64,000 nt of DNA from positions 620,001-684,000 of the forward strand of contig OX597840.1 in the NCBI GenBank assembly GCA_951406725.2, given 5' to 3'. The stretch is from Octopus vulgaris. Taxonomy: Eukaryota. The notes beneath the pieces were generated by a model. It was not told where the DNA came from. It ran no database searches and saw only the letters and a list, made by a program, of their open reading frames with translations. A program made the translations under genes and the position numbers. Positions 26,908 to 39,956 of the stretch are shown here, piece after piece (positions within the stretch are counted from its first letter, which is position 1; each line of letters begins with the position of its first letter).

Positions 26908-27143
26908 GGGATTCGTGCGTAGTTACATATGTATGTTCAGGCATATATGCGTGTATATAGAATATGCATATATATATATATTTGAAAAGAATAGATGCTT
27001 AGATGTACATATATATAATAATATTATTTACACATATATCGTGTGCATGTGTCTATATTGATATATATATATATATGCATATATTTAGACGTATGCCTAT
27101 ATTCACATATACACTTAAATAAAGAGACAGACGTATATATATG

Positions 27144-27202
<59 letters not shown>

Positions 27203-27212
27203 TATTATAATA

Positions 27213-27245
<33 letters not shown>

Positions 27246-27344
27246 GTATATATATATATATGTGTGTGTGTGTATATATAAGTATATATATATGGATATA
27301 TACATACTTGTATATATATAGATATATGTATATATAAGTATATG

Positions 27345-27396
<52 letters not shown>

Positions 27397-28192
27397 CATA
27401 TATATATATATTTATACATATATATATATATATGTTACGTAAAATTAAAGAAATAAACACTTCTATGTCAAAGGAAGAAAATGAAATAAAATATTAAACA
27501 AAATAAAAAGTATAAATAACAATAAAAGAAAAGACACAATGGAAGACAAAACGAAAAGAATGCAAAAATCCAAAAAAGAAGAAAAAAACATAATACAATA
27601 ATACGAAAACTACAAAAAGAACACAAAAAAATACCAAAACACAAAATTTTTCCAAACTGCAAAAAATATAAATAATAGAAAAATAACAAATCTACAGCCA
27701 ACAAATAAAAATACAAAACAGAAAAAAAAAGAAAAAAACCCCGAAAAAAATTGTGTAAAAAAACCCAAAAAATATTTCTCTATCTTATTCTCTTTTGTCG
27801 GTTACATCTTCCACCAACAGAAATAAATCTTCTTCCGTACACACTATATTGAAATTCCTGCAAATTCTTCAGAACCAATTTTCGGGTTTCAAGACATCAT
27901 AATGCTTTTAAGACAATTTTATTTTTTGTCATCAATTTTTCTTTTGTTTTGTTTTGTATGTTGTGGATTATCTTTTATTTCCACGTTATTTCATTTTTCG
28001 TTTCCTTCTTCTACACTTTGTATTTTTCTTTCATCCTTCTTTCGGTTATTCTTCCTTTTGACTTTGTGTCTATTATTCATTTATTTATTTATTTATTTAT
28101 GTATTTACTATTGTCTATTACCCAAAGGAAGTTTCGTGATGTGTAATATACTTGTATGCATATACATGTATGTGCGCGTGCGGTATATGTGT

Positions 28193-28234
<42 letters not shown>

Positions 28235-28236
28235 AA

Positions 28237-28389
28237 GTGGAGGAGTGGCTGTGTAGTAAGCAAATGGTTTCCGGTTCAGTCCCACTGCGTGGCACCTTGG
28301 GCAACTGTCTTCTACTATAGCCGCGGGCCAACCAAAGCCTTGTGAGTGGATTTGGTAGACGGAAACTTAAGGAAGCCCGTCATATGTGT

Positions 28390-28430
<41 letters not shown>

Positions 28431-28490
28431 TTCGTCTGTGTTTGTCCCTCCAACATCGCTTGACACCCGATGCTGGTGTGTGTAATCCCC
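28237..28490 (+). mobile_element. SINE family 1, 3'-truncated
   Basis: GGAGTGGCTGTGTAGTAAG...GGTTCAGTCCCACTGCGTGGCACCTTGGGCAA..., ending at the adjacent DNA transposon. Confidence 0.85.
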
Positions 28491-29305
28491 TTGCGGTGAA
28501 TATATTGCTGTCTAAATTACGCAAAGAATGAAAATAACACTGATATCTCATTTTAACAGATATATCTACCAAAATTGTATAAAAATATCTTGAAATACTA
28601 AAAAGTAAATATATTCAATAAAATCGCCATTGGCTTCAACCACAGCTTCCCGACGACGTCGGAATCCCCTGCAAGTTTTCTGGGCGGTGTCCATGTTTAA
28701 GTTGATGTATACTGCTATAATCATTGCCTTCGTTTTATCTTTGGTGTTAAAAAGACTTTTGTTGGTCTCGTGCTCAACTACGCCCTACACAGAATAATCA
28801 AGCAGGTTGCAGTGTGGGCAGTTAGGTGGCCAGATGTTGTCTGATAGTCATGACTGGGTTCTCCTGCTTGAGTCCTGTTGCCAGACATAGAGCCTTCCAG
28901 CAGCCCCACTCTTCACCCAGGACAGCACTGCCTCTTCCATACACTTCGTGTAGGCCTTCGTGTTGAGCCTGAGGCCATGTGGGAAGATGAATGGTGGCAT
29001 AACATCACAATCACTAGTGATCATGCCAAACACCATAATGTTGACTGGATCTTCGATTTCTATCACTCTCGGTACATATCCTGAGATTGCACAGTCCTCA
29101 GATTGACACACAAACACTCTGAAAAATTCGTATTGTCGCTTCCCAATTTCTGTCGGAGTGAATTGTATCATGTTGCTGTTTTTCTCACAGACGGTGCCCA
29201 ACTAACCCTACTATACTGTGTAATCGACAAACTCAAAAACAAGCAATGTGCATGCGCAAAATTAAAAAATTACAAAAGGGCGACAATTTACCGACCGCAC
29301 GGTGT

Positions 29306-29306
<1 letters not shown>
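28490..29306 (-). mobile_element. Internally deleted Tc1/mariner element, DD37D (maT)-like transposase remnant
   Basis: Minus strand PVNIMVFGMITSDCDVMPPFIFPHGLRLNTKAY...YVWQQDSS...WPPNCPHCNLLDY (WPPxSPDxNPLDY-type). The terminus TACACCGTGCGGTCGGTAAATTGTCGC ends at 29306. Confidence 0.8.
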
Positions 29307-29343
<37 letters not shown>

Positions 29344-29482
29344 TAATTATTCCCTATAAATATATTTCTAGAGAATAATTAATAAAGTTCTCACTTGTGA
29401 AGTTTTTCACGCTAACTACTTGATAAATAGTTATAAAGATTTTATACTATATTTGAATATATACATATACATAAACATATAC

Positions 29483-29575
<93 letters not shown>

Positions 29576-29683
29576 CACACACATTTACACACCTGCATAC
29601 AAACAACTGCGTATGCGCTTATTCTTTTATGCATATATAAATATATATATATACATACATACACTCACACACATATATGTAAC

Positions 29684-29721
<38 letters not shown>

Positions 29722-30060
29722 AATATATGTGTACAGTGAACTTTATATGTGTGTATGTGAATAAATGTATCTATATTTACCACCATACATACATATATAC
29801 ATACATACATGCATACATATATACATTCATAATACATACATACACACACAAATACATACATACACATACACACACACATACATACATACATACATACATG
29901 CATTCATACATACATACATACATACATACATACATACACACATATATATATACATGCATACATACATACATACATGCATACACGCATACATACATACACA
30001 TACACACATACATACATACATATCTACATACATACATACATACATACATACATACATACA

Positions 30061-30094
<34 letters not shown>

Positions 30095-30216
30095 CATACA
30101 TACGTACACACATACACAGACACATACCCGGCCAGGAACAATGACAAAACTCGCGAGTGTTCTCTTGTGCAATCTGTGAAACCTCGGCGATAAGAGACTG
30201 GCGTAGTGATGTTACG

Positions 30217-30260
30217 CCGGTAGGTGGCGCTAGGTGGCGATAGATGGCAAAAGGATGGCA
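30217..30260 (+). promoter_or_regulatory. Candidate tandem CTCF-like motifs
   Basis: CCGGTAGGTGGCGC has one mismatch to CCASYAGRKGGCRS and is followed in 10-bp phase by TAGGTGGCGA and TAGATGGCAA, inside a CpG-rich non-repeat island. Confidence 0.4.
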
Positions 30261-30684
30261 GTGGCTGGCGTAGTAGCGTGGCATCGCAGTAAGTGGTCGG
30301 GTGGTGCTGGAGACGGGTGGGTTGGATTGACGGTGCTTATATCGCTTATTTTAGATTGCTTCTCCATATTCAATAGCTTTAAGAGATATCGATATGTGAT
30401 CGATATTAGAACGAAAACGAGGAAATGAATATAGTGAAAATTACAAATATATGGAAGAGACGGGTTCGGTGAATCGATTTTACAAGGAACATAGAGATTG
30501 AATCGAATTCCAGAAATTATATATTCATACCCTGTCGTGGAACCGTACACACAGACAAACGCTTATATACACGCGCATATATGAACACGTCTATACGCCA
30601 CGCGAACGTATATGCTAACGTACATACATACATTCATAGATACACATATACATACATATATACATACGTATATGCATATATATA

Positions 30685-30773
<89 letters not shown>

Positions 30774-30794
30774 GCACAGACATTCAAGCTTATA

Positions 30795-30897
<103 letters not shown>

Positions 30898-31457
30898 CAA
30901 CATATATGTATGGATCGTAATTACACACATGGACCTCCATCTCCAAAACTTGTACCCGCACATATATTCAGGCACATATACACAGATACATATATACATT
31001 ATGCATGAATCTATACATATATACATGCATACACTCACATACACACTCACTTTCACAATCGCGCACATCCACTCATACACATCGCATACACATTTACATG
31101 TATTTACATACATGTTGATTGGGAATGCGTGTGTGTATGTATATATATATATATATGTTTATTTATTTCTCTCCATCTCTGTCTGTTTCTTTCTCCCTCT
31201 CTCCCCCCTCTCTCTCTATATATATATATTAATATTCATAAATGTATGTTTATAAACATTTACATTTGTGCAAGAGTATGCATGTATAAATCTGTATAAA
31301 CACACACACACACAAACACACACAAATACATATAAAATGTGTGTGTGTATGTATATGTATATGGACACATAAATATACACATATACATATATATGTTTAT
31401 ATATAGATATACTCACATATATATTTCTATACACACACACACACACATTCATATATA

Positions 31458-31675
31458 CAGTAATCCCTCGACTATCACGGGTGTTACGTTCCAAAATCCC
31501 CCGCGATAGCTGAAAATCCGCAAAGTAGAAAAAGGAATGTACTGTATATTTTAGTATTATTATTATTCTTATTATTTTTATAATTTTGTATATATATATT
31601 TTATTATAAATGCAAAACAAAACCACAGAGGAATCGATGTAAGCTTAAATAATATACCGCGATAGGTGAACCGTG

Positions 31676-31680
<5 letters not shown>
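31458..31680. mobile_element. Tigger/pogo-type non-autonomous element (right TIR lost to (TA)n)
   Basis: TA|CAGTAATCCCTCGACTATCACGGG terminus, subterminal CCGCGATAG repeats and a partial right end GAACCGTGATA. Confidence 0.7.
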
Positions 31681-31716
<36 letters not shown>

Positions 31717-31721
31717 ATACA

Positions 31722-31900
31722 TATAAGAGGGCTTACAACTAAGTGGACATCCATTATGCTAGAGGTAGACCCCATATGGTCTAACCACTAAGAAAGGATT
31801 GTTCTCAAGAAACGCCAGAACGTAAGCGAGCAAGACAAATGAATAGATACAAATGAAAAGATAGCATAATGGATGTCCACTTAGTGGTCATCCCTCATAT
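31722..31900. mobile_element. Short foldback element with ~38-bp inverted repeats
   Basis: GAGGG....CAACTAAGTGGACATCCATTATGCTA pairs with TAGCATAATGGATGTCCACTTAGTGG....CCCTC. Confidence 0.75.
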
Positions 31901-32035
31901 ATGAATGTAATAGAATTTCTCTGAATCTTCATATTTTTCTGTATGCTAGACCACTGGTTTCAAATTGACATTAATCAAAATGATATTCAATTTTTCACCC
32001 TTATTATTTTAAATTTATATATATATATATATATT

Positions 32036-32195
32036 GGCGCAGGAGTGGCTGTGTGGTAAGTAGCTTGCTTACCAACCACATAGTTCCGGGTTCAGTCCCA
32101 GCGTGGCATCTTGAGCAAGTGTCTTCTGCCATAGCCCCGGGCCGACCAATGCCTTGTGAGTGGATTTGGTAGACGGAAACTGAAAGAAGCCTGTC

Positions 32196-32279
<84 letters not shown>

Positions 32280-32494
32280 TCGCGTGTCTGTGTTTTTCCC
32301 CCTAGCATTGCTTGACAACAGATGCTGGGGTGTTTACGTCCCCGTCACTTAGCGGTTCGGCAAAAGAGACTGATAGAATAAGTACTGGGCTTACAAAGAA
32401 TAAGTCCCGGGGTCGATTTGCTCGATTAAAGGCGGTGCTCCAGCATGGCCGCAGTCAAATGACTGAAACAAGTAAAAGAGTAAAAGAAAAGAGT
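32036..32494 (+). mobile_element. SINE family 1, full-length copy
   Basis: Colinear with the 1252 and 19272 copies. Confidence 0.9.
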
Positions 32495-32556
32495 ATATAT
32501 ATATATATATATACATATATGCATATATATAGACATACTTATATATACATGTAAAT

Positions 32557-32840
32557 ATTCTTTTATTCTTTTACTTGTTTCAGTCATTTGACGGCGGCCG
32601 TGCTGGAGCACTGGCTCTTAGCCGAACAAATCGACGCCGGGACATAATGTTTGCGAGCCTAGCACTTATTTTAACGATCTATTTTGCCGAATCCTTGGTG
32701 AAGGGTATAGACGCACACCAATATTGGTTGTCAAGTGATGGTGGGGGCGGGGTCAAAGACAGGCATAAAAGTACCCCCCACACACACAATCACACACACA
32801 CAAACACACACGCACAAACATCCACACATACACACACACA

Positions 32841-32895
<55 letters not shown>

Positions 32896-33276
32896 TTAAT
32901 CCAAACAAGAAGGCACAAAAAAAAAACACAACAACGCGAGGACGTGGAACAAATAAAGTATTATTGGACGCTCAGGAAAGAAGGAAAGAAGGAGGGTTTA
33001 ACGTTTCGAGCGGAGCTCTTCGTCGGAAACATAGGCGAAAGAAAGATCCAGAGAAGGGAAGACAGAGGAAAAAAATCGCCAACGGTACACACGCGGTCGT
33101 ATGTATATGTATGTAAGGCGGTCTTTCAGTTTCCGTCTACCAAATTCGTTTACCAGGCTTAGGTCGGCTCCAGGCTATAATAGAAGACGCCTGCGCAAGG
33201 TACCACTGAATGGGAGTGAACCCGGAGGCATGAAGTTCAAAAACAAACTTATTACAACAAAGACACAGCTGCGTCT
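32557..33276 (-). mobile_element. Diverged SINE family 1 copy with the ~205-bp hammerhead-bearing element (32895-33098) in its central tract
   Basis: Tail at 32557-32770 and head at 33120-33276. The insert carries GTTT CCGACGA A GAGC TCC GCTC GAAAC GTT AAAC (32996-33030, minus strand). Confidence 0.82.
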
Positions 33277-33490
33277 ATCATATTTATATGTCAGATTTGT
33301 TGGTTTCAGCCATTGGTTTCTGTCAGAGCTGGGATTTTCATTAGCTTTACCGAATCCAGTACTTACTTAAACCTGGTATTAATTTAATCAATCTGTTGTT
33401 CCGAATGGTTAAGTACTAACTTTTGTTTGTTGGCGTAGAGGGAGCTATTAACTATTCGTCTGCAACAAACAGACATACCCACGTATGTAC

Positions 33491-33555
<65 letters not shown>

Positions 33556-33653
33556 CATGTATGAATATAGTGAAGGAGAGATAGGAGAGGGAGACGAAGA
33601 GACACAGAAAATTTAAGGTGAATTGTGGAACAGCTGATAAGTTTAAAGAAGAG

Positions 33654-33688
<35 letters not shown>

Positions 33689-34639
33689 CGAAGTGAAAAA
33701 GTGAAGATTAAATCAGAGGAAATAGTGAGAGAGTGGAAGAGAGAGATGAAGGGAGGGGAGAAAGGGGGGGAAGGAAAGGGAGAGAGGGAGGTGGAGAGAG
33801 GGATGGAGAGGGAGAGGGAGGGAGAGGGAGAGAGAGGAGGAGGGATAGAAAACTTGAAATAAAGTATGGAACGCGTGCAAAGAGGAAGAGAGAGAAAGAA
33901 ATAGAGAAACAGAAAGAAATAGAGAGAGCAAGAGAGAGAGAATGAGAGAGAGAGAGAGTGAAAGTGAGAGAAAGAGAGAGCAAGAGCGAGCAAGAGAGAG
34001 AGAGAATGTGAGAAAAGGGAGGGAGTTGAGAAAGAAAGAGGGAAAGAGCAAACATGAAATCGAAAATTTGCGATAAAGAGCGAAAAGAGTTATGAGGTGT
34101 GTAAGGAGGAGATAAAGTGAGAGAGTAAAAGCAGACAGAGAGAAAAACGAAGAGAGATGTAGAGAAAGAGAAAGAGAGAGACAGAGAAAGTGAGTGAGAA
34201 ACCCAGTGAAGAGGGAGGTGTATTGGAGAGGTAATAGTGAAAGAGGGTGTGAGAGAGAGAGAGAGAGTAAGGAGAGATAGAATATTTTAGAGAAGAGTGG
34301 AATTAGTTGAGGGATGGAAAGCGAAAGGAAAAGAAAGAGAGGAAAAGAGAAAGTAAGATATGAAAAAGAGAGATAGAGAAAGAGAGATAGAGATATAGAT
34401 AGACAAGTATGGAAAAAGAGAGAGACACTCACATAAAGCTAGAGAGAGAGAAAGAGTGAGAGAGAAATATACAGAGATAACGAGACACATGCAGGGGAAA
34501 ACAGAGCCAGACATACGGAGATAGTGACAAATAGATAGGGAAAGAGAGAGGGACAGAGAGAGAGAGAGAGAAGAAGAAGAAAGACTTACGGAGGAGATAG
34601 ATAGAAAAAAAGATAGACACGCAGATAGGGAGAGAGGGA

Positions 34640-34778
34640 GAGAGAGAGAGAGACAGACAGAGAAATAGTGATAGATAGGAAAAGAGAGAGAGAAATAGTG
34701 ATAGATAGGAAAGGAGAGAGAGAAATAGTGATAAATAGGGAGAGAGAGAGAGAGAGAGAGACAGAGTGATAGAAAGGA

Positions 34779-34819
<41 letters not shown>

Positions 34820-35192
34820 AAAATAGTGATAGATAGGAAAAGGGAGAGAGAGAAAGAGAGAGAGAATTAGTGATAAATAGGAAGAGAGAGACATAGAGAA
34901 ATACTGATAGATAGGAAGAGAGAGAGAGAGAGAGAGAGAGAAATAGTGATAGATAGGAAAAGGGAGAGAGAGAAAGAGAGATAGAATTAGTGATAAATAG
35001 GAAGAGAGAGACATAGAGAAATAGTGATAGATAGGAAGAGAGAGAGAGAGAGAGAGAGATATTGTGATGATAGGAAGAGAGAGAGAGAGAGAGAGAGAGA
35101 AATAGTGATAGATAGGAAAAGGGAGAGAGAGAAAGAGAGAGAGAATTAGTGATAAATATGAAGAGAGAGACATAGAGAAATAGTGATAGATA

Positions 35193-35238
<46 letters not shown>

Positions 35239-35290
35239 GATGATAGGAAGAGAGAGAGACAGACAGACAGACAGAGAAATAGTGATAGAC
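34640..35290. repeat. Purine-rich compound minisatellite (GAAATAGTGATAGATAGGAA + (GA)n) inside a 33.6-35.6 kb GA-rich tract
   Basis: Recurrent AAATAGTGATA(G/A)ATAGGAA anchors separated by variable (GA)n. Confidence 0.9.
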
Positions 35291-35369
35291 AGCAAGAGGG
35301 AGAGAGAGAAAGAGAGACAGAAACACATGGAGGGAGAGATAGAGGTATACGGATAGGAAAAGAGAACCA

Positions 35370-35422
<53 letters not shown>

Positions 35423-35689
35423 TGAGAAAGAGAAAGAAAGACCTACAAAGACATACAGGGAAAGAAGGAGAGAGACAACGGGAGAGAGGGAGAGAGAGAC
35501 ACAGGAGGTGAAGGAAAAAGAGAAAGAGAGAGAGGAGGGAAGGGTGTGCGAGTGATAGGATGAGTGAGATAAGATGAAAGGTTTTTAATAACGTTGCTCA
35601 AAATTGCGTCCAGCATTAATTTCTCATTGTGTTGCCTTTTGATGGCTTGTATCAGTTAGTGTACAGCTGGATACACAGTGGGGGTTGTA

Positions 35690-36895
35690 GTAGTAGCAGT
35701 TGTTGTTGTGGCTGGGGTGGTAGTGGTAGGGTACTGGTGGCGGTGTGTGGTAGTGGTACGGGCACTGGTGGTGGTGTGTGGTAGTGGTGTATGGAAGTGC
35801 TAGTTTTGTTGTTGTGACTGGGGTGGTAGTGGTACGGGTACTGGTGGTGGGTGGTAGTGGGTGGTAGTGATAGTGTTGTTGTTGTGGCTGGGGTGGTAGT
35901 GATAGTATTGTTGTTGTGGCTGGGGTGGTAGTGGTACGGGTACTGGTGGTGGTGTGTGGTAGTGGTACGGGCACTGGTGGTGGTGTATGGAAGTGTTAGT
36001 TTTGTTGTTGTGGCTGGGGTGGTAGTGGTACGGGTACTGGTGGTGGTGTGTGGTAGTGGTACGGGCACTGGTGGTGGTGTATGGTAGTGATAGTTTTGTT
36101 GTTGTGGCTGGGGTGGTAGTGGTACGGGTACTGGTGGTAGTGTGTGGTATTGGTACGGGTACTGGTGGTGGTGTATGGTAGTGATAGTTTTGTTGTTGTG
36201 GCTGGGGTGGTAGTGATACGGGTACTGGTGGTGGTGTGTGGTAGTGGTACGAGTACTTGTGGTGGTGTATGGTAGTGATAGTTTTGTTGTTGTGGCTGGG
36301 GTGGTAGTGGTACGGGTACTGGTGGTGGTGTGTGGTAGTGGTACGGGTACTGGTGGTGGTGTGTGGTAGTGGTACGGGCACTGGTGGTAGTGTATGGAAG
36401 TGTTAGTTTTGTTGTTGTGGCTGGGGTGGTAGTGGTACGGGTACTGGTGGTGGTGTGTGGTAGTGGTACGGGTACTGGTGGTGGTGTATGGTAGTGATAG
36501 TTTTGTTGTTGTGGCTGGGGTGGTAGTGATACGGGTACTGGTGGTGGTGTGTGATAGTGGTACGGGCACTGGTGGTGGTGTATGGAAGTGTTAGTTTTGT
36601 TGTTGTGGCTGGGGTGGTAGTGGTACGGGTACTGGTGGTGGTGTGTGGTAGTGATAGTGTTGTTGTTGTGGCTGGGGTGGTAGTGATGGTGTTGTTGTTG
36701 TGGCTGGGGTGGTAGTGGTACGGGTACTGGTGGTAGTGGAACGGGTACTGGTGGTTGTTGTGGCTGGGGCGGTAGTGGTACGGGTATTGGTGGTAGTGAT
36801 AGTTTTGTTGTTGTGGCTGGGGTGGTAGTGGTACGGGTATTGGTGATAGTGTGGTAGTTAATAGTTTTGTTGTTGTGGCTGGGGTGGTAGTGGTA
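35690..36895. repeat. G/T-rich two-module minisatellite
   Basis: An irregular mix of a 31-nt module TGGTAGTGGTACGGG(T/C)ACTGGTGGTGGTGTG and a module ATAGTTTTGTTGTTGTGGCTGGGG. Confidence 0.92.
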
Positions 36896-38163
36896 GTCGG
36901 TGTTGATGGTGATTGTATTAGTGGTGGTGTGATTGGTAGTGGTGGTTTTAACGGTAGAATCTGTAGTAGAAGTGGTGGTTTTGCTGTTGTGGCTGGGACA
37001 GTAGTGGCTAGTGTGTTGGTAATACTAGTGGTGGTGTCGGTGGTTTTGCTGTTGTGGCTAGGGAGGTAGTGTTGTTGTCGTTATTGTTGTAGCTAGGGTG
37101 TTAACAGTGGTGGTGATGTTGGTGGTTTTACTGTTGTGGCTAGGGTGGTAGTACTTCCGTTTTCATTGCTGTGGCTAGGGTATTAACAATGGTGGTGATG
37201 CCGGTGGTTTTTATTGTTGTGGCTAGGGTGGTAGTGTTGCTGTCGTTGTAGCTAGTATGTTAACAGCGCTGGTGATACTGGTGGTTTTGCTGTTGTGGCT
37301 AGGGTGGTAGTGCTTCTGTTGTTATTGCTGTGGCTAGAGTGTTAACAGCACTGGTGATGCTGGTGGTTTTGTTGTTGTGGCTAGGGTGGTAGTGTTGCTG
37401 TCGTTATTGTTGTGTCTATGGTATTAATGGTGGTGGCTATAGTGTTAGTGTTGTTCTTGTGTTGTGGCTACGGTGGATGTAGAGTGCTATGATGGGCTTT
37501 CTTCTTACTGTATGTTTTGGCCGTCATGGTAGTTGTTATTACTGTAGTGTGGTGGTAGTGGTAGTAGTAACGGTGGTAGGTATTATTAATGGAGTAGTAG
37601 TAGTAGTAGATAAAAGTGTCATAGTAGCGGTGGTGGTGATGGTGGTGGTGGTGGCAGTGGTGGCTTTGTTAATGTTATTATTTTGATTACAGTTGTTCCT
37701 ATTCAAGATATCAATCGTTGTGCTGTTGACGCTGTTCCCGCTGGTGATAACTGCAGTAGTGGTAGTAGTAGTTGCTGTTCTTAGTGTGGTAGTATTGGTG
37801 ATAGTGGTCAACGGTGTTATTCTATTTGTAGACTTGGTGGTTCTATTATTGTTGCTGTTATTGTTGTCGTGCATCCGGGACGCATTTGTAGTGCTTGCGA
37901 TTATTGTAGTAGAGGTAGTTGTTGCTATGGAAATGGTTGTAGCGATGATGGTCGATAGTGAAATGGTGATCGTGGTGGTGGTGGTGATGGTAGAGTTTGC
38001 TGTTGTTGTTGTTGTTGTTGTTGTTGTTCTATATTATGCTTTGGATATTGTTGTTATTAAAAATGCCCGTATGTATTGTTGTGATGAACGTTACCGTAAA
38101 TTCCATTGTTATTGCAGTGTTGTGATTGTTATTGTTGATTTGTGGATGTTATTGTAGTGATGG

Positions 38164-38336
38164 TGGAGGCGCAATGGCCCAGTGTTTAGGGCAGCGGACT
38201 CGCGGTCGGAGGATCGCGGCTTCGATTCCCAGACCGGGCGTTGTGTGTATTTATTGAGCGAAAACACCTAAAAGCTCCACGAGGCTCCAGCAGGAGGTGG
38301 TGGCGACCCCTGTCGTACTCTTTCGCTACAACTTTA

Positions 38337-38392
<56 letters not shown>

Positions 38393-38508
38393 TGCTTCTT
38401 GAGTAACGTTGTGATGGACTGGCGTCCCGTCCAGCTGGGAGGAACACATACGCCACAGAAACCGAGAAACTGGGCCCATGAACCTGGCTAGGCTTGAAAA
38501 GGGCAACG
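38164..38508 (+). mobile_element. tRNA-derived SINE family 2, full length, with Meta-domain-like body and internal (TC)n
   Basis: A box TGGCCCAGTGTT, B box GCTTCGATTCCC, and body GATGGACTGGCGTCCCGTCCAG...CAGAAACCG resembling the MetaSINE central domain (recalled consensus, not aligned). Confidence 0.82.
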
Positions 38509-39244
38509 TCTTTTATTGTTATGCTGTACTTGTTATTACTTTGCTGTGGTTTTATGGTCCTGTGCTTGTTAATATCGTTGTGATGCAGTAGTTGTTATAG
38601 ATGTGTTGTTGTTGTTCTCTAGCTTGTGTGGTTGTTATCATTGTTATACTGTGGTTGCTATTTTTCTCTTCTGGTTACTCTGTCACGTTGTAGTTGTTGT
38701 TATTGATGTAATATAGTTGTTATTGCTATAATGTGGCTTTTGTTACAGTTATATTGTGGTTGTTGTTATTCTTCTGACCTGTATTATCGACAATGATTGC
38801 TATTATTCTGATGTGGTTTTTGTGATTGTTGTGACGTGGTTGTCGTCAATGTTGTGATGCGGTTGTTGTTATTATTTCGAAGTGATCTTTGTTATTGCTG
38901 TAACATGGTTGTTGTTGCACGTTGTTCCTATCATGGATGTGCGTGGCGTGGTGGTCAAAGTGTTGGACCCATGACCGTAAGATTGTGGGTTCGATAACTT
39001 CAACCGAGCGATTCGTTATGTTCTTAAGCAAAACGCTTCATTTTATGTTGGTCCAGTCTACTCAGCTGAAGAAATAAGTTTATTCTGGAGAGGGATGGGC
39101 TCCGCTAGGTTTTTTTCACCCTAGACACGCTGCATGAGTGCAGTGCCCTAACGATCTCCAAAGGGTTAAGGGACTTGCATCATACTGCTATCGTTGTAGT
39201 GGTGTGGTTGTTATTTTATAATGGTCATTATTGTGGTGGTAATC

Positions 39245-39493
39245 TTTCTTATTTCTTTACTACCTACAAGGGGCTAAACACAGAGAGGACTAACAAGGAC
39301 AGACAAACGAATTAAATCGATTATATCGACCTCAGTGCGTAACTGGTATTTAATTTATCGACCCCGAAAGGATGAAAGGCAAAGTCGACCTCGGTGGAAT
39401 TTGAACTCAGAACGTAGCGGTAGACGAAACGCCGCTGAGCATTTCGCCCGGTGTGGAGCATAAAATGCTAATGTGTCTGCCAGCTCGCCGCCT
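39245..39493 (-). mobile_element. SINE family 3 (Nin/Deu-domain-like)
   Basis: Reverse complement GGCGGCGAGCTGGCAGA...GTTCTGAGTTCAAATTCC...GACTTTGCCTTTCATCCTTTCGGGGTCGATAAATTAAATACCAG. Confidence 0.85.
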
Positions 39494-39956
39494 TTATGGT
39501 AATCTTTCTTGTGACTATTTTGTTTTTGGTATCGTTGTTTTTCATGTTGTTGTCATTCCTTGCGTTGGTGATATTAGTAAAGTACATGTCGTTGTTGTTG
39601 TTGTTGGTGTTGTTGCTGTTATTGTTGTTATTATTAACGTAATGATAGTGGTAATAGTGGTAGTTGCCACTATTGAAGTAGTTGTTGGTGTTGGGCTTGT
39701 GGTAGTCTGAGTTTATTGAGCTCATTGTAACGGTTAGTAATAGTGACGCCTGGATTGTTCACTCTTTTGATATTTTTATTTTCCTGCTGTTGCCGAAGTG
39801 GTGGTAGCAGAGGTTATTATACTTCTTACGTTTGTTTTCGTAGTTGTGGTTGTTACCATGGTCGTGAATTCAATTCCCGACGACGCGTTGTGTCCTTGAG
39901 GAAGGCAATTCATCTCACGTTGCTCCAGTCCTCTAGCAAAATCGTGTAGTACCTGC

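Noticed and set aside
38164-38240. tRNA gene-like sequences (also at 22680-22755, 42265 and all family 1 heads)
   Set aside because: They have A/B boxes but no complete acceptor stem, and they continue into shared SINE bodies.
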